Source: the human T2T-CHM13v2.0 reference genome, Homo sapiens. From it: a DNA stretch of 64,000 bases. The DNA is taken from assembly GCF_009914755.1 (NCBI RefSeq), contig NC_060936.1. One strand, written 5' to 3'. The position numbers and the translations under genes were made by a program. The notes under the pieces are model-generated. The model did not search any database. It had not been told where the DNA came from and saw nothing but the letters and a program-made list of their open reading frames with translations. Below, in pieces: positions 29,382 through 45,375 of this stretch. Numbering within the stretch: the first letter of the stretch is position 1; every line of letters begins with the position of its first letter.

Positions 29382-29385
29382 TGGC

Positions 29386-30500
<1,115 letters not shown>

Positions 30501-30724
30501 CTCTGATTAGCCTCCTTTATCTATTCCGCCTCTGGCTTCTCTGTTCTCTTCCTGCGATCGTCTCTCTCCGTTCTTTCTCTTGCTGTCTCTGTGTCTGTGT
30601 CTATTTTTCCTTTGCCTCTAGTTCTCCCTCGCTTTCTCTCTCTCCGCCTCTTATTATTTGTCTCTCTGTCTCTGTCCCTCTCTCTTCATCTCTGTATCTA
30701 TTTCTTCCTCTCCTTCTTTCTTAT

Positions 30725-31016
30725 CTTTTCTTTCTTTTTTAAGGCAAGGGCTTGCTCTGTCTCCCCGGCTGGAGTGCAGGAATGGGATCCTGGCTCACTG
30801 CAGCTTGGATCTCCCTGGTTCAAGTGATCCTCCTGCCTCAGCCTCCTGAGTAGCTAGCTAGGCCACCAAACCGCGCTATTTTTTTTTTTTTTTTTTTGGT
30901 AGAGAACGAGTCTCACTATTTTGCCCAGGCTGGTCTTGAACTCCTGGGCTCAAGCGATCCTCCCACCTCGGCCTCCCGAAATGCTGGGATTACAGGTGTG
31001 AGCCAGGGTGCCTGGC
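30725..31016 (-). mobile_element. Alu (AluJ-like) between CT-rich tracts
   Basis: Dimeric Alu with short internal deletion. Confidence 0.88.
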
Positions 31017-31461
31017 ACTGTCTATTTCTTACTGTCTCTCTCCGCCTGTCTGATGATCTTTGTCTCCCTGTTTCTCTCGTTCCCTCCCTGACTCTCAGTC
31101 AGTTTACCTCTCTGTCTCTCTGTCTGCTTCTGACAGTGTCTCCCTCTCTGTTTCTCTTGGCCTCTTGAATTCTCTGTCTCTGAACATGTGTGTCTGTCTC
31201 TCTTTCTCCAGGATAAAGAATGCTGGCCTCGGTGGGCACCCACAGTCCCTGCAGTTGGACTACCCTGCTCCCAGCTCCCATAAATAGTTTGGCTGATACC
31301 TTGAGGACTAAAGAAGTGCATGGTGGGGCACTAGTCCCAGTGGGGCTCCTCATCTCCTGTCATGACCCCCTCAGGGACTGGGACTGGTACTCTCTCAGGG
31401 ACTGGGTTTCGATTGTCCCTAATCTTGTCGCATGTTAGAGCACTTGCATGTGCACATTTGC

Positions 31462-31512
31462 GCACGCACACACACGCACACACACATGCACACACGCACA
31501 CACACACACACG
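31462..31512. repeat. (CA)n/(CG) alternating repeat
   Basis: Visible run. Confidence 0.85.
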
Positions 31513-33955
31513 TGCGCGCCTTTCACTTGCTCCTCCGTAGTGGCAGAAATCAGACCCATTGTACAGATGGGGAAGTTGAGGTTCAAAAGATACAGCCACC
31601 CACCCAGGGCCACACTGTGATTAGAGGCCCTCTGACTCCTGGGCCTTTACACCCATCTATAGGAGGATGGCCAGACCTGGTTGGTGAAATTGAAGTACCC
31701 CCACTCCCACTCAAGGCCAGTCCTCTAGGTATGGGAGACCTGTCTGAGGAGGAACCTGGTAGGACTCCACAGCCTCCCAGAGGGCACATCCTGCTCAGGT
31801 GACCTCAGCCAGGGTCTCACCTCCAAACCAGTCCAAACCCAAGGGACCTTTCAGAGGTTCCCCTATCACCTTCCCCAAAGACGAGGCACAGCTGCATTTG
31901 AATCCTCTTCCAGTGCCGGCAAATTACCTTCTGCATTTAGCCTGAGTCGTTCATACAGGAAAGTGCCCTCAGGCCCCAGACTCTGGGCCTGGCTGGGGAA
32001 ACTAATAATGCCCATGCCCAGGCAGTACTTACCATGAGCTGGGCAGCGTACTAGGGAATCTTTAACTCATTTTCATTTCCACTTTAAGAGGTTGCCGATG
32101 TTATCCTCATTTTTCAGATGGGAAAACTGAGGTACAGAGTGTTTAAGTAAATTGCCAAGCTTACACAAAGCTGGTGGTATATACTGATGGCATAAACAAA
32201 GTAGATTTGGTTCTAATATGTCTGTGTATATATTTATAGGGACAAATATGGATATATATGTATAGGTGTGTGATATATATGTAAATATCTCTATAGATGA
32301 ATATAGACATATACGTGTGTGTGTTTGTTAGTATTGCTATTGTTATTGTAGTTACAGTTTTTGGCTTAATCTGTTTGAATAGTAGACTGATTCTTGAGCA
32401 CGTTTCTGTTCCTCTAGAGCTTTGTGATCTTTTTCCCTACAGGGGCATTGGGAATCTGGGGAACGGACCTTAGGGCCTTACAGAATTTGTGTTTTTCCAC
32501 CTTTTGATCTGATGAGCAGCTAAGAGAAGCCTCTCTTCTCCACTTCCCCAACCACGCTGGCTCCAAGTGCCCCCTAGGCCAGGCCCTTGAAGGAAAAATC
32601 AAACCCTAAATTTGAAGGTCACTGAAGCTGTCCCTCCACCCCCTGTCAATTTACTAAGAGAGGGTTAGAGGAAAAGTAACCCCTTCACAACAACGTCCAG
32701 AGATGTGTGTGGTCCTTGGTCAGGAACCAAAATGGTTCTGTTATCTCATGTAATCCTTATAACAACAAGAGAAGATAGGTGCTATTAAGATTTCAAACCC
32801 AGGTCTACTCCAAGCCCCTGGCTCATGAGGATCTCTAGGTGACTTCTCTGTTCTCTGCCCTCTGCTCATGCCAATATCATTGAAGCATAATGGGAAGTTA
32901 CCTACTGCCTCCTAATGAGTCGATTTACCAGTCTGTAAAATGGGCATAATGTTGCCGCTTCTCCCTGGGGCCTTGTGAGGATTAAATGTGGGGAAGCAGG
33001 TGCTCCCAGAAAGTGTAGTTTAGACTGTGTCCTCTCCTCCTCGCACTATCTTTCTCTGTTCTACCCTTCATCTACTTGTTCCTCCCAGTATCACCCATCC
33101 ATCCCTTCCTCCACCTCCACCCCAGCTCCCCGAGTCAATATTCATAAAAATAACTAAGTTGTCCAAATGTGACCTGCAGCATCCTGGGCGATTCTTTCTT
33201 TCTGGCTGGTGCCTTGGGTCTCCTGGGCAGGCAGGTCCCTATGTCCCCCAGTCCCCCATCTTGGGGACAGCTTGGCGGGACCTCAACTCACCGTCCCCTG
33301 CTCAGCTGTGGATGCCCTTCTGACTGCCCTCACCCCTCACTTGGCTCTGGTTCCCCAGTGCACCCAGCTGGGATGTTTCCCTGCTGGAGCCTTCTGCTAG
33401 GCTGGAGTGGGGTGATGTGGAGGGGGGACAGACAGCCAACATGGCTGCACAGCGTCCTCCCCCTGGAGAGAGAAAGCCCCCAGCCAGGCCTGCTGGGGGT
33501 TAGATAAGGAGCGCAAGCCACGCAGCTTGTCCTCTTTTTTGTAATCTCCTCCTCCACCTCCACCGCTCCCTGCCACCGACTCCCCCACTTTTTTTTTTAT
33601 ATCATCTTTATGGCTTTGGAATGATCTGGGCTGACACTGCGTTCACTTAGCCAAGGGCAGGTGGGGTCACAGGAGACAACTTACTCCTATGTGTATATAT
33701 TCATGGGGGCCGATAAGGGAGCAGCCCCACCCCCTCCTCCCTAGCAGGGAAGAGAGAATAAGGAGACTGGCTGGAGGAGAGGTTGGGGACATGGTGACAA
33801 CCAGTTCAGGGCAGAAAACAGATTTTGAGCACCAGAAACCCTGCGGTGGCAGAGGCGAGCTCTCAGGGAGCTGTGGCCAAACCTCTGATGGGGAGAATCA
33901 TTTAAGTTCGAAAGAAGCACTGATTGGCAAAGGAACTGAGTTTTTAAGCTTATTA

Positions 33956-33956
<1 letters not shown>

Positions 33957-34029
<73 letters not shown>

Positions 34030-34618
34030 CTTTCTCTCTTTCTTTCTTTTTCTTTCCTTTTCTTTCTTTCTTTCTTTCCCTCTCTCCCTCCCTCCCTCGC
34101 TCCCTCCCTTCCTTCCTTCCTTTCTTTCCTTCCCTCCTTTCCCTTCTCCTTCTTCTTCTTTTTTTTTTTTTTTTTTTAAAGATGGAGTCTCTCTATGTTG
34201 CCCAGGCAGAACTCTAACTCCTGGGCTCAAGTGATCCTTCTGCCTTGGCCTCCAGACTAGCTCTGCCTAACTAGATGAACTGAATTTTATCTCTAAATAT
34301 TCTTTTCTTCCTTCCCCGCTCCCTCGCTCCCTTCTTTCCTTCCCCCTGCCTCCCTCTCTCCCTTCCTTCCTTCCTTCTTTCCTTCCTTCCTTCCCTCCCT
34401 CTCTCCTTCCTTCCTTACCTCTCTCCTCTCTCTCCTTCCTTCCTTCTCCCCTCCATCCCTCCTTCCTTCCTTCCTCTTCCTTCCTTCGCTCCCTCCCTCC
34501 CTTGCTCCCTCCCCCTCCCTCCCTTCTTTCCTTCCTTCCTTCCTTCCTCCCTTCCTTCCTTTCCTTCCTCCCCTTCCTCCCTCCTTCCTTCTTTCCCTTC
34601 TTCCTCCTTCCCTCCCTC
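33957..34618. repeat. Polypyrimidine tracts (TTTC)n and (CCTT)n split by a partial Alu monomer (~34159-34267)
   Basis: Visible low-complexity runs. Confidence 0.9.
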
Positions 34619-35359
34619 AAACAGTAGACCTTGAGTTTCAGGACATGGTTTTAGTTGTTACCTGGTTCGAGCCTGGCTTTTGCAGGCTGTGTGACACTGG
34701 GTAAGTGGCTTCACCTCTCTGAGCCTCAGTTTCCCCATCTATAAAATGGAGACAGTAACAGAGCCCACTTCCAGCTGTATTATGAAAACTAGATAAGAAA
34801 TTAATGAAAGTGCTTGGCACATAGTAAGGGTGGAATCATTGCTGCCTGTTATTTTTCTAAATTATTATTTATTGCATGCATCTCATGTACCAGTGGGGCA
34901 CAGAGACGAATCGCACAGCCTGTGCCCCCAAAAGTGCTCACTGACATGACAGCTCTCATAAGCAACCCCAAGTTATGTTTTTAAAATAGTATTTTATGTC
35001 TGGGCAGGAATACAGATATGTTCACAGCGCTCAAAAGAAAGGTGATACTGAACTTATGAAGCAGATAAATTAGGGGTGATTATTCTCATTACAAAAGGAT
35101 ACGCTACAGGGATTCTTTAAGTGGTAAGTCCTCTAATACTGGAAGCGTGGAAGCCTTAGCTGGAGCTCTCTCTGCCCTGGCTCCCCCACAGAGCAGTTAA
35201 TGGTGGTGAAATGAGAGAGCCTGGCCTGAGACAGGAACTCCAAATTTGCACCTCATCACTGACTGATCAGGCAGCCTGGGGCAGGCAGTGTCCCCTCTTG
35301 GACTCTCAGTTTCCCCAATGACTGGACGACTGGATGGGATTGCATCTCTGCAGCGTCCC

Positions 35360-35930
35360 CATCCCCGTCTGAGCCCAGATGACAGCTTTGCTACTGGCCT
35401 CTCTGCTTCCACTCCTCCCCCAATCCCTTCTCCATATCACAGCTGCAGGGATCTTCTAAAAGCCCAAATCAGTTTCCCCTACATAAAGCCCTCCAGTGGC
35501 TTCCCCTAACCCTCAGGACCTTACCCTCACTTCCAGCCCAGCTGATCTCATCTGTTCCCCTTTCCACCTTGCTCCTGCACCTCTAGCCTCGCCAGTGCAT
35601 TCCTACCCCAGGGCCTTTGCACTTGCTGGTCCTTCCTGGAACTTTGCCTCAGGCCCCTTTTCTTGTTACTAAGTTTCTAGTTGAAATGTCACCATCTTAG
35701 GATCCCCCATCTAATAAATATCTAGTACTCACTGGATCATTTTTGTTTTATCTTTATTATCTTAATTGTACTTGGCACTGATATGATCATGTGTCTTTGC
35801 TTCTTTAATGTCTTTCATCTACCAAGAATGTTAGCCAAGGACAGAGACTGGGTCTGTCTTCACTGTTGGCTTCTCAGCCCCTTACATGGGAACTGGCACT
35901 TAGGAGGGGCTCAGCAGGTATGTGCTGAAG
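35360..35930 (+). mobile_element. L2 fragment
   Basis: ccctccagtggcttcccc, cagggcctttgcacttgctg, aaatgtcacc. Confidence 0.75.
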
Positions 35931-36261
35931 TCATCATTGGACTTCGATGTTTCAATATACTCATTTTAGGTGTGTTTAAGTTTTGTGCAAAGGAGTGAAT
36001 GATTGGTTTCCTAACTTTTGGAAAGTAAAGATGATGTGAATCCAGTCATATAGGACAGTCTCCTTGATGCACCTGCGGTCAGGCTGGTGCTGTCTTGGGT
36101 CGAAAGCAAAGGAGTGGACTCAGAACCAGCCCCGAGGGGACATGTTACCCCTGGGTGCAAATAGCATCAGGATCTGGGGCTGCTCACCACAGATACCATG
36201 ATGGAAAAGGTCACCGGCAACTGGCCTGCGTGGTTTTCATGTCTTGGCCACGTGGTTCTTT

Positions 36262-36743
<482 letters not shown>

Positions 36744-38446
36744 TTTAGTCAACCAAGACAGCAGCAATGCAAAACAAAATGAAGGCGCTCAGAGAGACAC
36801 AGGGGACATGCCGAGGAGCCCTGGAGGAAGGGGAGAATTATTCTGATGGGAGAGATCTGGAAGGACGAGGCTGGAGTGAGATGGAATGGTGGAACAGCAG
36901 GCAGGGGATTGGGCTTGCTGGTACCTGGTTCTGGGAGTGGGGGCTGGGTCTTTTCTTTCAGGTTCCTCTCGTTTGGAATTGATTCTGATGCTCCTAAAAG
37001 ATGGTTCACCTGATCCCCTTGAAATGATCATACTGAAGTAGGTGCCAGAGGGGACCAATAGTTACCAAGAACTTACCATGTGCTGGACCTACATAAAATA
37101 TTTCACTTGTGCTGCTTGACTTAATCTTCACATTGGCTGATGCCAGCCAAGTGATGGTATCCTAATTTCAGGGATTCGGAAACAGGCCCAGAGAGGTTGT
37201 GACTTTTCTAAGCACACACAGCAAATAAATGCTGAGGCTGGGATTTGAACTCAAGTCTGCCTGGTTTTGGAGCCAGTGCTTGCCGGAGACATCAAGATGC
37301 CTCCTGAATTCAAGAAGGGAGGAAGGGTGATGCTGGGTGCTGTGAGAGCAGGGATAAGATTTAGGAGCAGAAGGTACAGTGAAGAGGGGGCCATAGGTGG
37401 GGGTTCAGAGGTGGAAGGGAAGAACATTCTGGTCCCAGAGAAGACTCCTGCCTCCAAGCTCCCGGCCCCACTCTACCCAGCCCTCTCTGCCCCTGGCCCG
37501 GAGCAGCCCCGGGTGGGGGACGTGGGGAGGAGAACTAAGCATCATGTAATTGCCCTGGCTCTTCTGTGAAATTTGTTTCGGGACACATTAGTTCCAGTGA
37601 ATTTAGCCCAACAGCGGGGAGCCCTGAGAAATGATTTGCAATTAGCCGCAGCCCCACGGCCCCCCATTGGGATGCGAGGCTTGGGCACTGAGTGGGGAAT
37701 GGCCAAGGGGGTGGAGCCGCCACCCAGTGCCCGTGGAAACGCCAGCAAGCAGGCAGGAGTGGCTGAACTGGTGCATTTCAGACCCGACGTCTCTCTGAGC
37801 CTGGCAGAGGCTGACAGGGGCTGAAGTAGAAGCATTTGACCCCCAAACTGTCAAGGCCAAGACTTAGCCAGGCCAGAGGGGCATTCGAAATGATCAAATC
37901 CAATTCTCCTGCTTTGCAGAGGGGATGCGGGAGGTGAGCATTGCACATGTTCGCCTCTGTGGGGACGGCTCCTGGAGCATCTCCTTGTGATCACTGTGCC
38001 GGGTACTTCTCTAATCATAAATCCTCCCCAACAGTTGGGGAGGCAGGGAGATGATGCCCATTTTGCAGGGAAGGAAATGGATGCCCAGAGAGATGAAGGG
38101 AATCTTGCCAGGTTAACTGGAATGTGGCAGGAGGAGGACTTGAATCCTGGCCTCTTGGACTCTCCATGTCGTTACAGCTGCTTCCTTTGATGGCCTCTAA
38201 GTGGAGGCAGAATGGCAGTCATTAGGGCCCTGAAGCCAGGCACACCTGGCACAAGTCTCAGCTCTACCACTTTCTGGCCTTGTCACCTTGCACAGGTCAC
38301 TTCTGCTCTCTGAGACCGTTTCCTCATCTGAAAAATAAGAATACGCTACCCATATCATGGTGTATCTTCTAGGATTAAATGAGAATATAAAATGTTATGG
38401 CAACGGGAAGAGCTCAATCAGTAACAGCCATTACTATTACTATCAT

Positions 38447-38755
38447 TGATTGATTGATTGACTGATTGGAGACAGGGTCTCACCCTGTCACCCAATCTAG
38501 AGAGCAGTGGTGCAATCATAGCTCATTGCAGCTTCAAACTCCTGGGCCCAAAGGATCTTCTTGCTTCAGTCTCCTGAGTAGCCAGGACCATAGGTGTGCC
38601 CCACCATGCCTGGCTAATTTTTAAAACACTATTTTGTAGAGATGGGGTCTCACTATGTTGCCCAGGCTGGTCTCTAACTCCTGGCCTCTAGTGATCCTCC
38701 TGCTTCTGCCTCCTTAATTGCTGGGATTACAGGCTGGGATTATACCATGCCCACC
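38447..38755 (-). mobile_element. Alu (AluJ-like) at MIR tail
   Basis: Dimeric Alu with (GATT)n tail on +. Confidence 0.9.
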
Positions 38756-39505
38756 CATTATTGCTATTGTTATTATTGCATCCTGATCAAACTTGTCTGT
38801 AGAGGAGGGAAGGGACTGGAGAAAGATCCCATGTTCCCAATAGGTGGCTGCTTGCCCACATACATAGCCTTCCCAGCTCAGTTAGTCCCCTCTGTCCTAG
38901 TCATGGGGTGGGCATGGAGATGATCAAGACATAGTCCTGGCCTCACACAAATGCTTCTGGAGTGAGCTGAGCAGTTGGAGCCGTGGGTCTTCATGGCACA
39001 CAGAGGTCTCGTGGAATGGGTAGTTAGGGAGGGCACCTGAGGGGAGGTGACTTTGTCCCAGTATTGTCCCTGTCATATTGGTGGATCTCCATTGTACAAC
39101 CCCAGGGGGCGCCCTTCACATTGTGTTTGATGTCAAGCAACACAGTGGCTGGGATTTTGATAAAAATGGCAGACACTCGCCATATGCCAGACACTATTCT
39201 AAGCACCTTACAAATTTTATTAGCTAATTTACTCCTCACAGTAATATTACCAGGTAGGCCCTATTATAATTCTACTTTTCAATGAGGAAGAAAATAAAGC
39301 AAAGAAGTCTTTTGTGCCTTCCTTCTCCCTGGTCACACAGCAAAAGGCATTGCTGAGACTCGACCTAGGCTAGCTGGTTCTAGAACCACCCTAATCACTA
39401 CACTACTCTGCCTGCTTCCCCAGGGCCCTTTTTCCCTCCTGCTGGTCACTTGCCATACTTTGTCCTCCCCATGAATAAAGGAGGCAGGACAAGAATGTGA
39501 ATCTG

Positions 39506-39805
<300 letters not shown>

Positions 39806-40274
39806 GAATGTCAATTTGGCGCCCCAGGTAAGACCCTCAGGGGCTTTGCCCAAGGTCTCACACATGCCCTGAGAATGCCAGGTAATGACTCAAGATTGGC
39901 AGTGACCCCATGCTGGGGTCTGATCTGAAAGCCAGCGTGTTTCCTGTATGGCATGAGGATGTGATCAGCCATTTAGCTAAGGGGATCCAGGGCCCCACAG
40001 CTGCTCAGAGATTCTCCAGAGAAGAGGAAGAAGAGGAGGCAGAGAAAGAGGTGGCTATTTTATGTCAGCAGTCACCCTGCTGGCTGCTGGTGCAGTGCCG
40101 GGCACATAATAGGCCTTTAGTAAAGTGAACTTGGAAATCTTGGAGAAATAAATCATTTCCTCCTTAGCCTGACATCTCAGAGATTTGTCCAGCCTTAGAT
40201 TGTAGCAGGAATAGGAAATTCCTGATTTCAAAGCAGGAGTGAAAGAAGAAAGCTAGTATGTGGTTAAGAGTTTA

Positions 40275-40575
<301 letters not shown>

Positions 40576-40847
40576 TTATGTGTCACTCAGTTCAAGAAGA
40601 AAGAGCCAGACAGATGAGTCTTCACGGCACGCAGAGGTCTCTGTGGGCTCAGGTGGTCAGGGAGAGCTTCTAGGAGAAGGTGGCCTTGATCTGGAATTGT
40701 CTCTGTTATGGTGGAGGGCTTCACGTTGCACAACTCCATGGGGCTTTCACCTCCCTCCATGGAGGCCAGAGAGGTAGGTCTCATCTTTCTCAGGTCTACA
40801 GATGAGGAAACTGAGGACCAATTGCCCAATGTCATGCAGCTAAAATG

Positions 40848-40959
40848 TAGGGTGACCAGCCCTCCTGACTTGCCTGGGGCTGTCTGGGTTTAGCACTGAA
40901 ATTCCCACATCCTAGGAAATCCTTCAGTCCCTGGCAAACTGGGGTGGTTGTTCACCTCA
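40848..40959 (+). mobile_element. MER81-like hAT MITE nested in MIR
   Basis: tagggtgaccag...tttagcactgaaa...ggttgttcacct. Confidence 0.8.
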
Positions 40960-41159
40960 TTTTTAGGGACAGGGCTGGGATTTGAACCCAAGACTGGCCG
41001 ACCCCCGCATCCCCTTGTCCCTCTGCACCATCCTGTTCTTTTTGAGTTCGCTCCCTGTTCCTCTTCTGAATTTATCAGCTCTGGTTCCCTCGGTCCCCGG
41101 AGAACTGCCCTGTCCCACGCCTTCTGCGCATCTCCCCAGTGCCCGGGGCTGTGCTTTCT

Positions 41160-41550
41160 CTCCCTCCAGCGCCTTATCTTCCCTTGTCTTCTTGTGGAAG
41201 AAGAGATAAAAGTAATTCTTATGGCCGCTTCACCACTGGCGACGGCCAGCCCCGTCCCCCTCCTGCTGCATTTCCCTGGTCCGGCCAGATAAAGGGTTAG
41301 GCCTAAGCACATGTCATTTTCTTTGTGTGAAATCAATATTCAGCAAAGTTTATCTGCCCGACATAGCAGGAAGTGCTAATTTCATCCGCGTCAATTATTT
41401 TGATGAATGTTCATAATGCCCGGGGTGTGAGCAGAAGATAAAAGAATTACTGGAATAACGCATACGTACTCCTTGCACACACACACACACGCTCGCCCAC
41501 AAGTTCACACTGGGGCACACACAGGCCTGGCCAGGGGAAGGTGTTAACTG
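41160..41550. promoter_or_regulatory. Candidate GATA/T-box/ETS enhancer
   Basis: Five AGATAA/TTATCT sites in 41174-41441, CAGGAAGT, GGTGTGA, AGGTGTTA. Confidence 0.5.
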
Positions 41551-41661
41551 ACAGCTGCCCTGTCCTCCCCAGCTGCTGATGGTTCAAAACATCTCCGAAA
41601 GAGGGATCAGGAGAGGGGATTTGTGTGAGAGTGTTATCAGTCCTTGATTTTTAGGATAGAA

Positions 41662-41860
41662 CAGAGGTTCTCAACTAGTGGGTGATTTTGACCCCCAGGG
41701 GACTTTTGGCAATGTCTGGAGCCATTTTTCATTGAGGAGGGGAGAGGCTACTGGCATCTGGTGGGTAGAGGTCAGGGTTCCTGCTAAACATCGTGTAGTG
41801 CCCATCACAGCCTGAAAACAAATAATTCTCTAGCCCACACTTCAGCACTGTTGAGGCTAA
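41662..41860 (+). mobile_element. MER20
   Basis: ggttctcaac...ccccaggggac..ttggcaatgtctgga. Confidence 0.8.
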
Positions 41861-44297
41861 GCTATATTAGAATGGAGTTTTAAAAAATTTTACTTTTAAA
41901 GCATTTCTCTGTAAATACATGTTTCTAATTTCTAGCAGTACTGGCAAGAAAATATCTGTGGGTTTGCCCATATAGTTCTAAGATAGGATGAAGAAACAAG
42001 AAATCAGATGCTAAATACAAGTAGAGAAATATTTTTACTTAGGTAATTCCACCTCCTGGTGATTCCCTGTGACATTTAAAAAGATATGGTAGAATAAAGA
42101 CAAATCTGAGTTTTAAAAATTGGCCTGGTAGAAATTCTCACAGGCTATAAGCCATGGGCCAAGCCATAGTCAACAGAATAGGAATGCTAGGAATGAATTC
42201 TGGAGGGTCTGAGAGTCTCTCTTGGATGTGTGTGTGTGGGGCTCTGCAGGTGAGGGGGCCCTTGGTCTGCCCCTGGGGTCCTGCCACGTGTGAGTGGAGG
42301 CAAACATCATCCCACACATATTTGTCATCGCAGGACATGTACACAGACCGGAGGACCCCTGCCTTCTACTTAAAAGCAGCTAAATTTGAGTGTCTTGTCG
42401 GACAGCACGTCTTAAACTGTAACATGCTCACAGATCACCTGCAAATCTTATCAAAATGCAAAGTCTGATTCAGCAGGTCTGGGGTGGGGTCAGAGATGCT
42501 GCATTTTTGACCAGTTTAGTGCAAGAAGCCAAATACTTTTTCTATGAGTCTGGCCTAAACTACGTGTCATAGATGAGGTGCTACAGGCTATGTGGTGCTG
42601 GGATTTTTCTGCCTTCCTTCATGTCAGCCTCCAGAACCTGTGAAAAACTCCTCGCCTTCTAACAAAAGTCAGCAGCACATACAAATATGTATATTTTTAA
42701 ACAAATATATCTGAAGATGCCCCTTCTAGGATGAAATGCTGCATGTCGATCACATAATATATGATGTTGTGAGCAGATGTCATGATATAATATGATAAAA
42801 TATTATGAGCAGATGATATGCTATTTATTATAAGCGGGTGATATATGACGCCATATTACGATTATGGATGATGATGTATTGTGTATCCTGGCATATGTGG
42901 GAGATTATGTATTCACATGCTCTGGCACAAAGAGTCTGATTTAAGAACTTCCTTCAACTCACCTACCTCTGGCTCTGCCAATCAAAGTCTCTCTGCTGAG
43001 TGGGACAGAGGATCAAAACTCGTCAATCCTTAGGACTAAGCCATGTGTGGATTTGAGATTTCTGGGGATTTTAGGCCCATGGGCCGTGAATTCTGAATAT
43101 TCTGCAACCTGCTCAGGGCTTTGGGTCTGCAAGAGCTGGTTCTCAGATCCATTTGTAGCATGAGTAATATTAAGAATAAAATTTCTGCAAGCCAATGGCC
43201 GGTCCAAGGCATGTAAAGAAAAAGCTGGATATACTCATGATCTTGAAACCAAATTATAACGAGCAAAAATGGAATCAAGAGAGGGAATATCTGAAAGTAA
43301 TAACAGGAACCCTTCAGAGTTCATTTCATCAAAGCAACCGTCAGGTGAATACCAATGCAAATACTCTGTAGATAAACAATCACTCCTTGCCAATTTGGAG
43401 GGAAGGAGAGAGCAAAGAGGAGTTTGAATGAATAGCACATCTGAAAACTAAATATCCTCCAATGAAAAAAAAATCCATTTCCTGCACATCAAATTCTAAG
43501 GTCTTGCATTTTTAAATGCAGAGGTAAAATTCACTGGTAATTAACAATTGCAGAGGCAATAAGAGGCAGCGCCTTGGGGTGCAGACTCTGGAGGCAGCCG
43601 GCCTAGGTTCAAGTCCAGGTTCTACCATTTCCTGGCTGGGTGACCTCAGGCAGGTTGCAGAATGCTTTGTGCCTCTATTTGCATGCCTGTAAAATGGGCA
43701 TAATGGCAACTCTTGTCTCACGAGGTGGTTATGGGGATTTAAGAGACACAAAGTGCTTGGGGCAGTGCCTGGCATACAGGAAGCATTCAGCAAATGCCCA
43801 ATTTTTATGTTATTACCAATGAACCTATCTACCCAGCAATTAAAGTGCTGCACTCCTTAGACAGTTACTCTTCTGAAGAAGCTGAAATGCGCTCCCTGAA
43901 ATCTAGCTTCAACATCAAAAGTGTGCCCAGCGCACTGCTGTTGTCAGTGGAGTGGAGGTGGACCTTCCCCCAGTGGAAGTGGCATTATTGTTAACGGTCA
44001 ACTGGATGGAGGCTTTGGTGACTTCAGGGTCAATGAAACACTGAAAATGTGTGTTGACAATTACTTGACATTAATTACACTCCCCATTCATGAAGTCCCT
44101 ATTAAAAAGAAAATAATAACCCAAGACCTAGATTCATAAGCTTAGGAGAAAGGGCTCCCTTACTGATTCTCACTAAAGTGGATATGGCTATCGTTGATGA
44201 CCCAAAAGAGTGGTCTCTTTTCATCCCCAAGCTCTCTTCCCACCTCGTTCCACTTCCCCTGAGGCTCAACCCCATAGGTGGCTTGTTTTTCATCTAA

Positions 44298-44517
44298 AGC
44301 AGGATTGCTCAACTTGGAACCATTGGTATTTTGGGTCAAGTGATTCTTGTCATAGACATGCTGTCCTGTGCGTTTTAGGATGTTTAGCAGCATCTCTGAA
44401 CTCTGCCCACTAGATGCCAGGAGTGTCATCTCCTGAGTTGTGATAGCCAAAACTGTCACCAGACATTATCAAATGCTCCCTGGGGAGGCAAAAACATTCC
44501 CAGTTGAGAACCACTGA
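44298..44517 (-). mobile_element. MER20
   Basis: aggatgtttagcagcatc...cagttgagaaccactg. Confidence 0.82.
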
Positions 44518-45375
44518 TCTAAAGACTCCCAAGGTCCTCAGGGTACCTGCCTACCATCTTTATGGGGACCAACTGTACCCTTTGTTTACAGGCTGAGGCA
44601 GCTAGCTTTCCCAAATGCTATTCAAAAGAGAGGCAGATTCATAGGCTAGGATGTCACCCAAGCAATTGGAATAGGAGGCTCTTCACACAGCACTCTCAGT
44701 CTTTGATGAGTCAACTAGATGGTAAAGGAAACAGAGAGGATCTGAATAAGGCAATTAATAAATGTAAATGAAGAGAGGCAGAAGGAGAAAGTGTGGTGGA
44801 GAGCGGGTGGATTTTGGAGACAGACCTCTTGGGCTGAAATCCTGGCTGTATAAACCTTGTTATTTAAGGTTTCCAGGCCTGAGTTTCCCTATTCACATGG
44901 CGAGGATACAGGTGTCAGTGAGTTCTCTGGAGATAAGTGAGATGATGTCTGTAAATTTTATGCTGTAGTGTCTGGTCCTTCTCAAGTATTCAATACTAAG
45001 AAGCTATTGTTACTAACTTTATCAATACACACGCATACCTCTATATCCTACAGACATTTGTGATAATGTAATTGTTTATATAGTTTTTATTTTATGCCTG
45101 TCTTTCCACTAGAACATAAGCACATAAAGGCAGGAGCCAGGGTGGACTTTTCCACTGCGGTATCCCTAGTCCTAGCAAATAGTTGCTGCTCTGTGTTTGC
45201 CGAATGCTGGATACACTTTCAGATGTGCCCTATACCCTAAGGGAAGTCTGATTCTGCAAGTAGTTGAGTTTCTACTCCTATGTCAGGGCAGTTAGCTGGA
45301 GGTATCTACAGTGGAAATACCATCAGTCACCCTTGTGAGCACACCCTATCTGCCAGACTCTGTACTTAGTACTCA

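Noticed and set aside
33689-34620. Phe/Leu/Ser and Lys/Glu/Arg-rich ORFs
   Set aside because: Low-complexity pyrimidine tracts and Alu sequence
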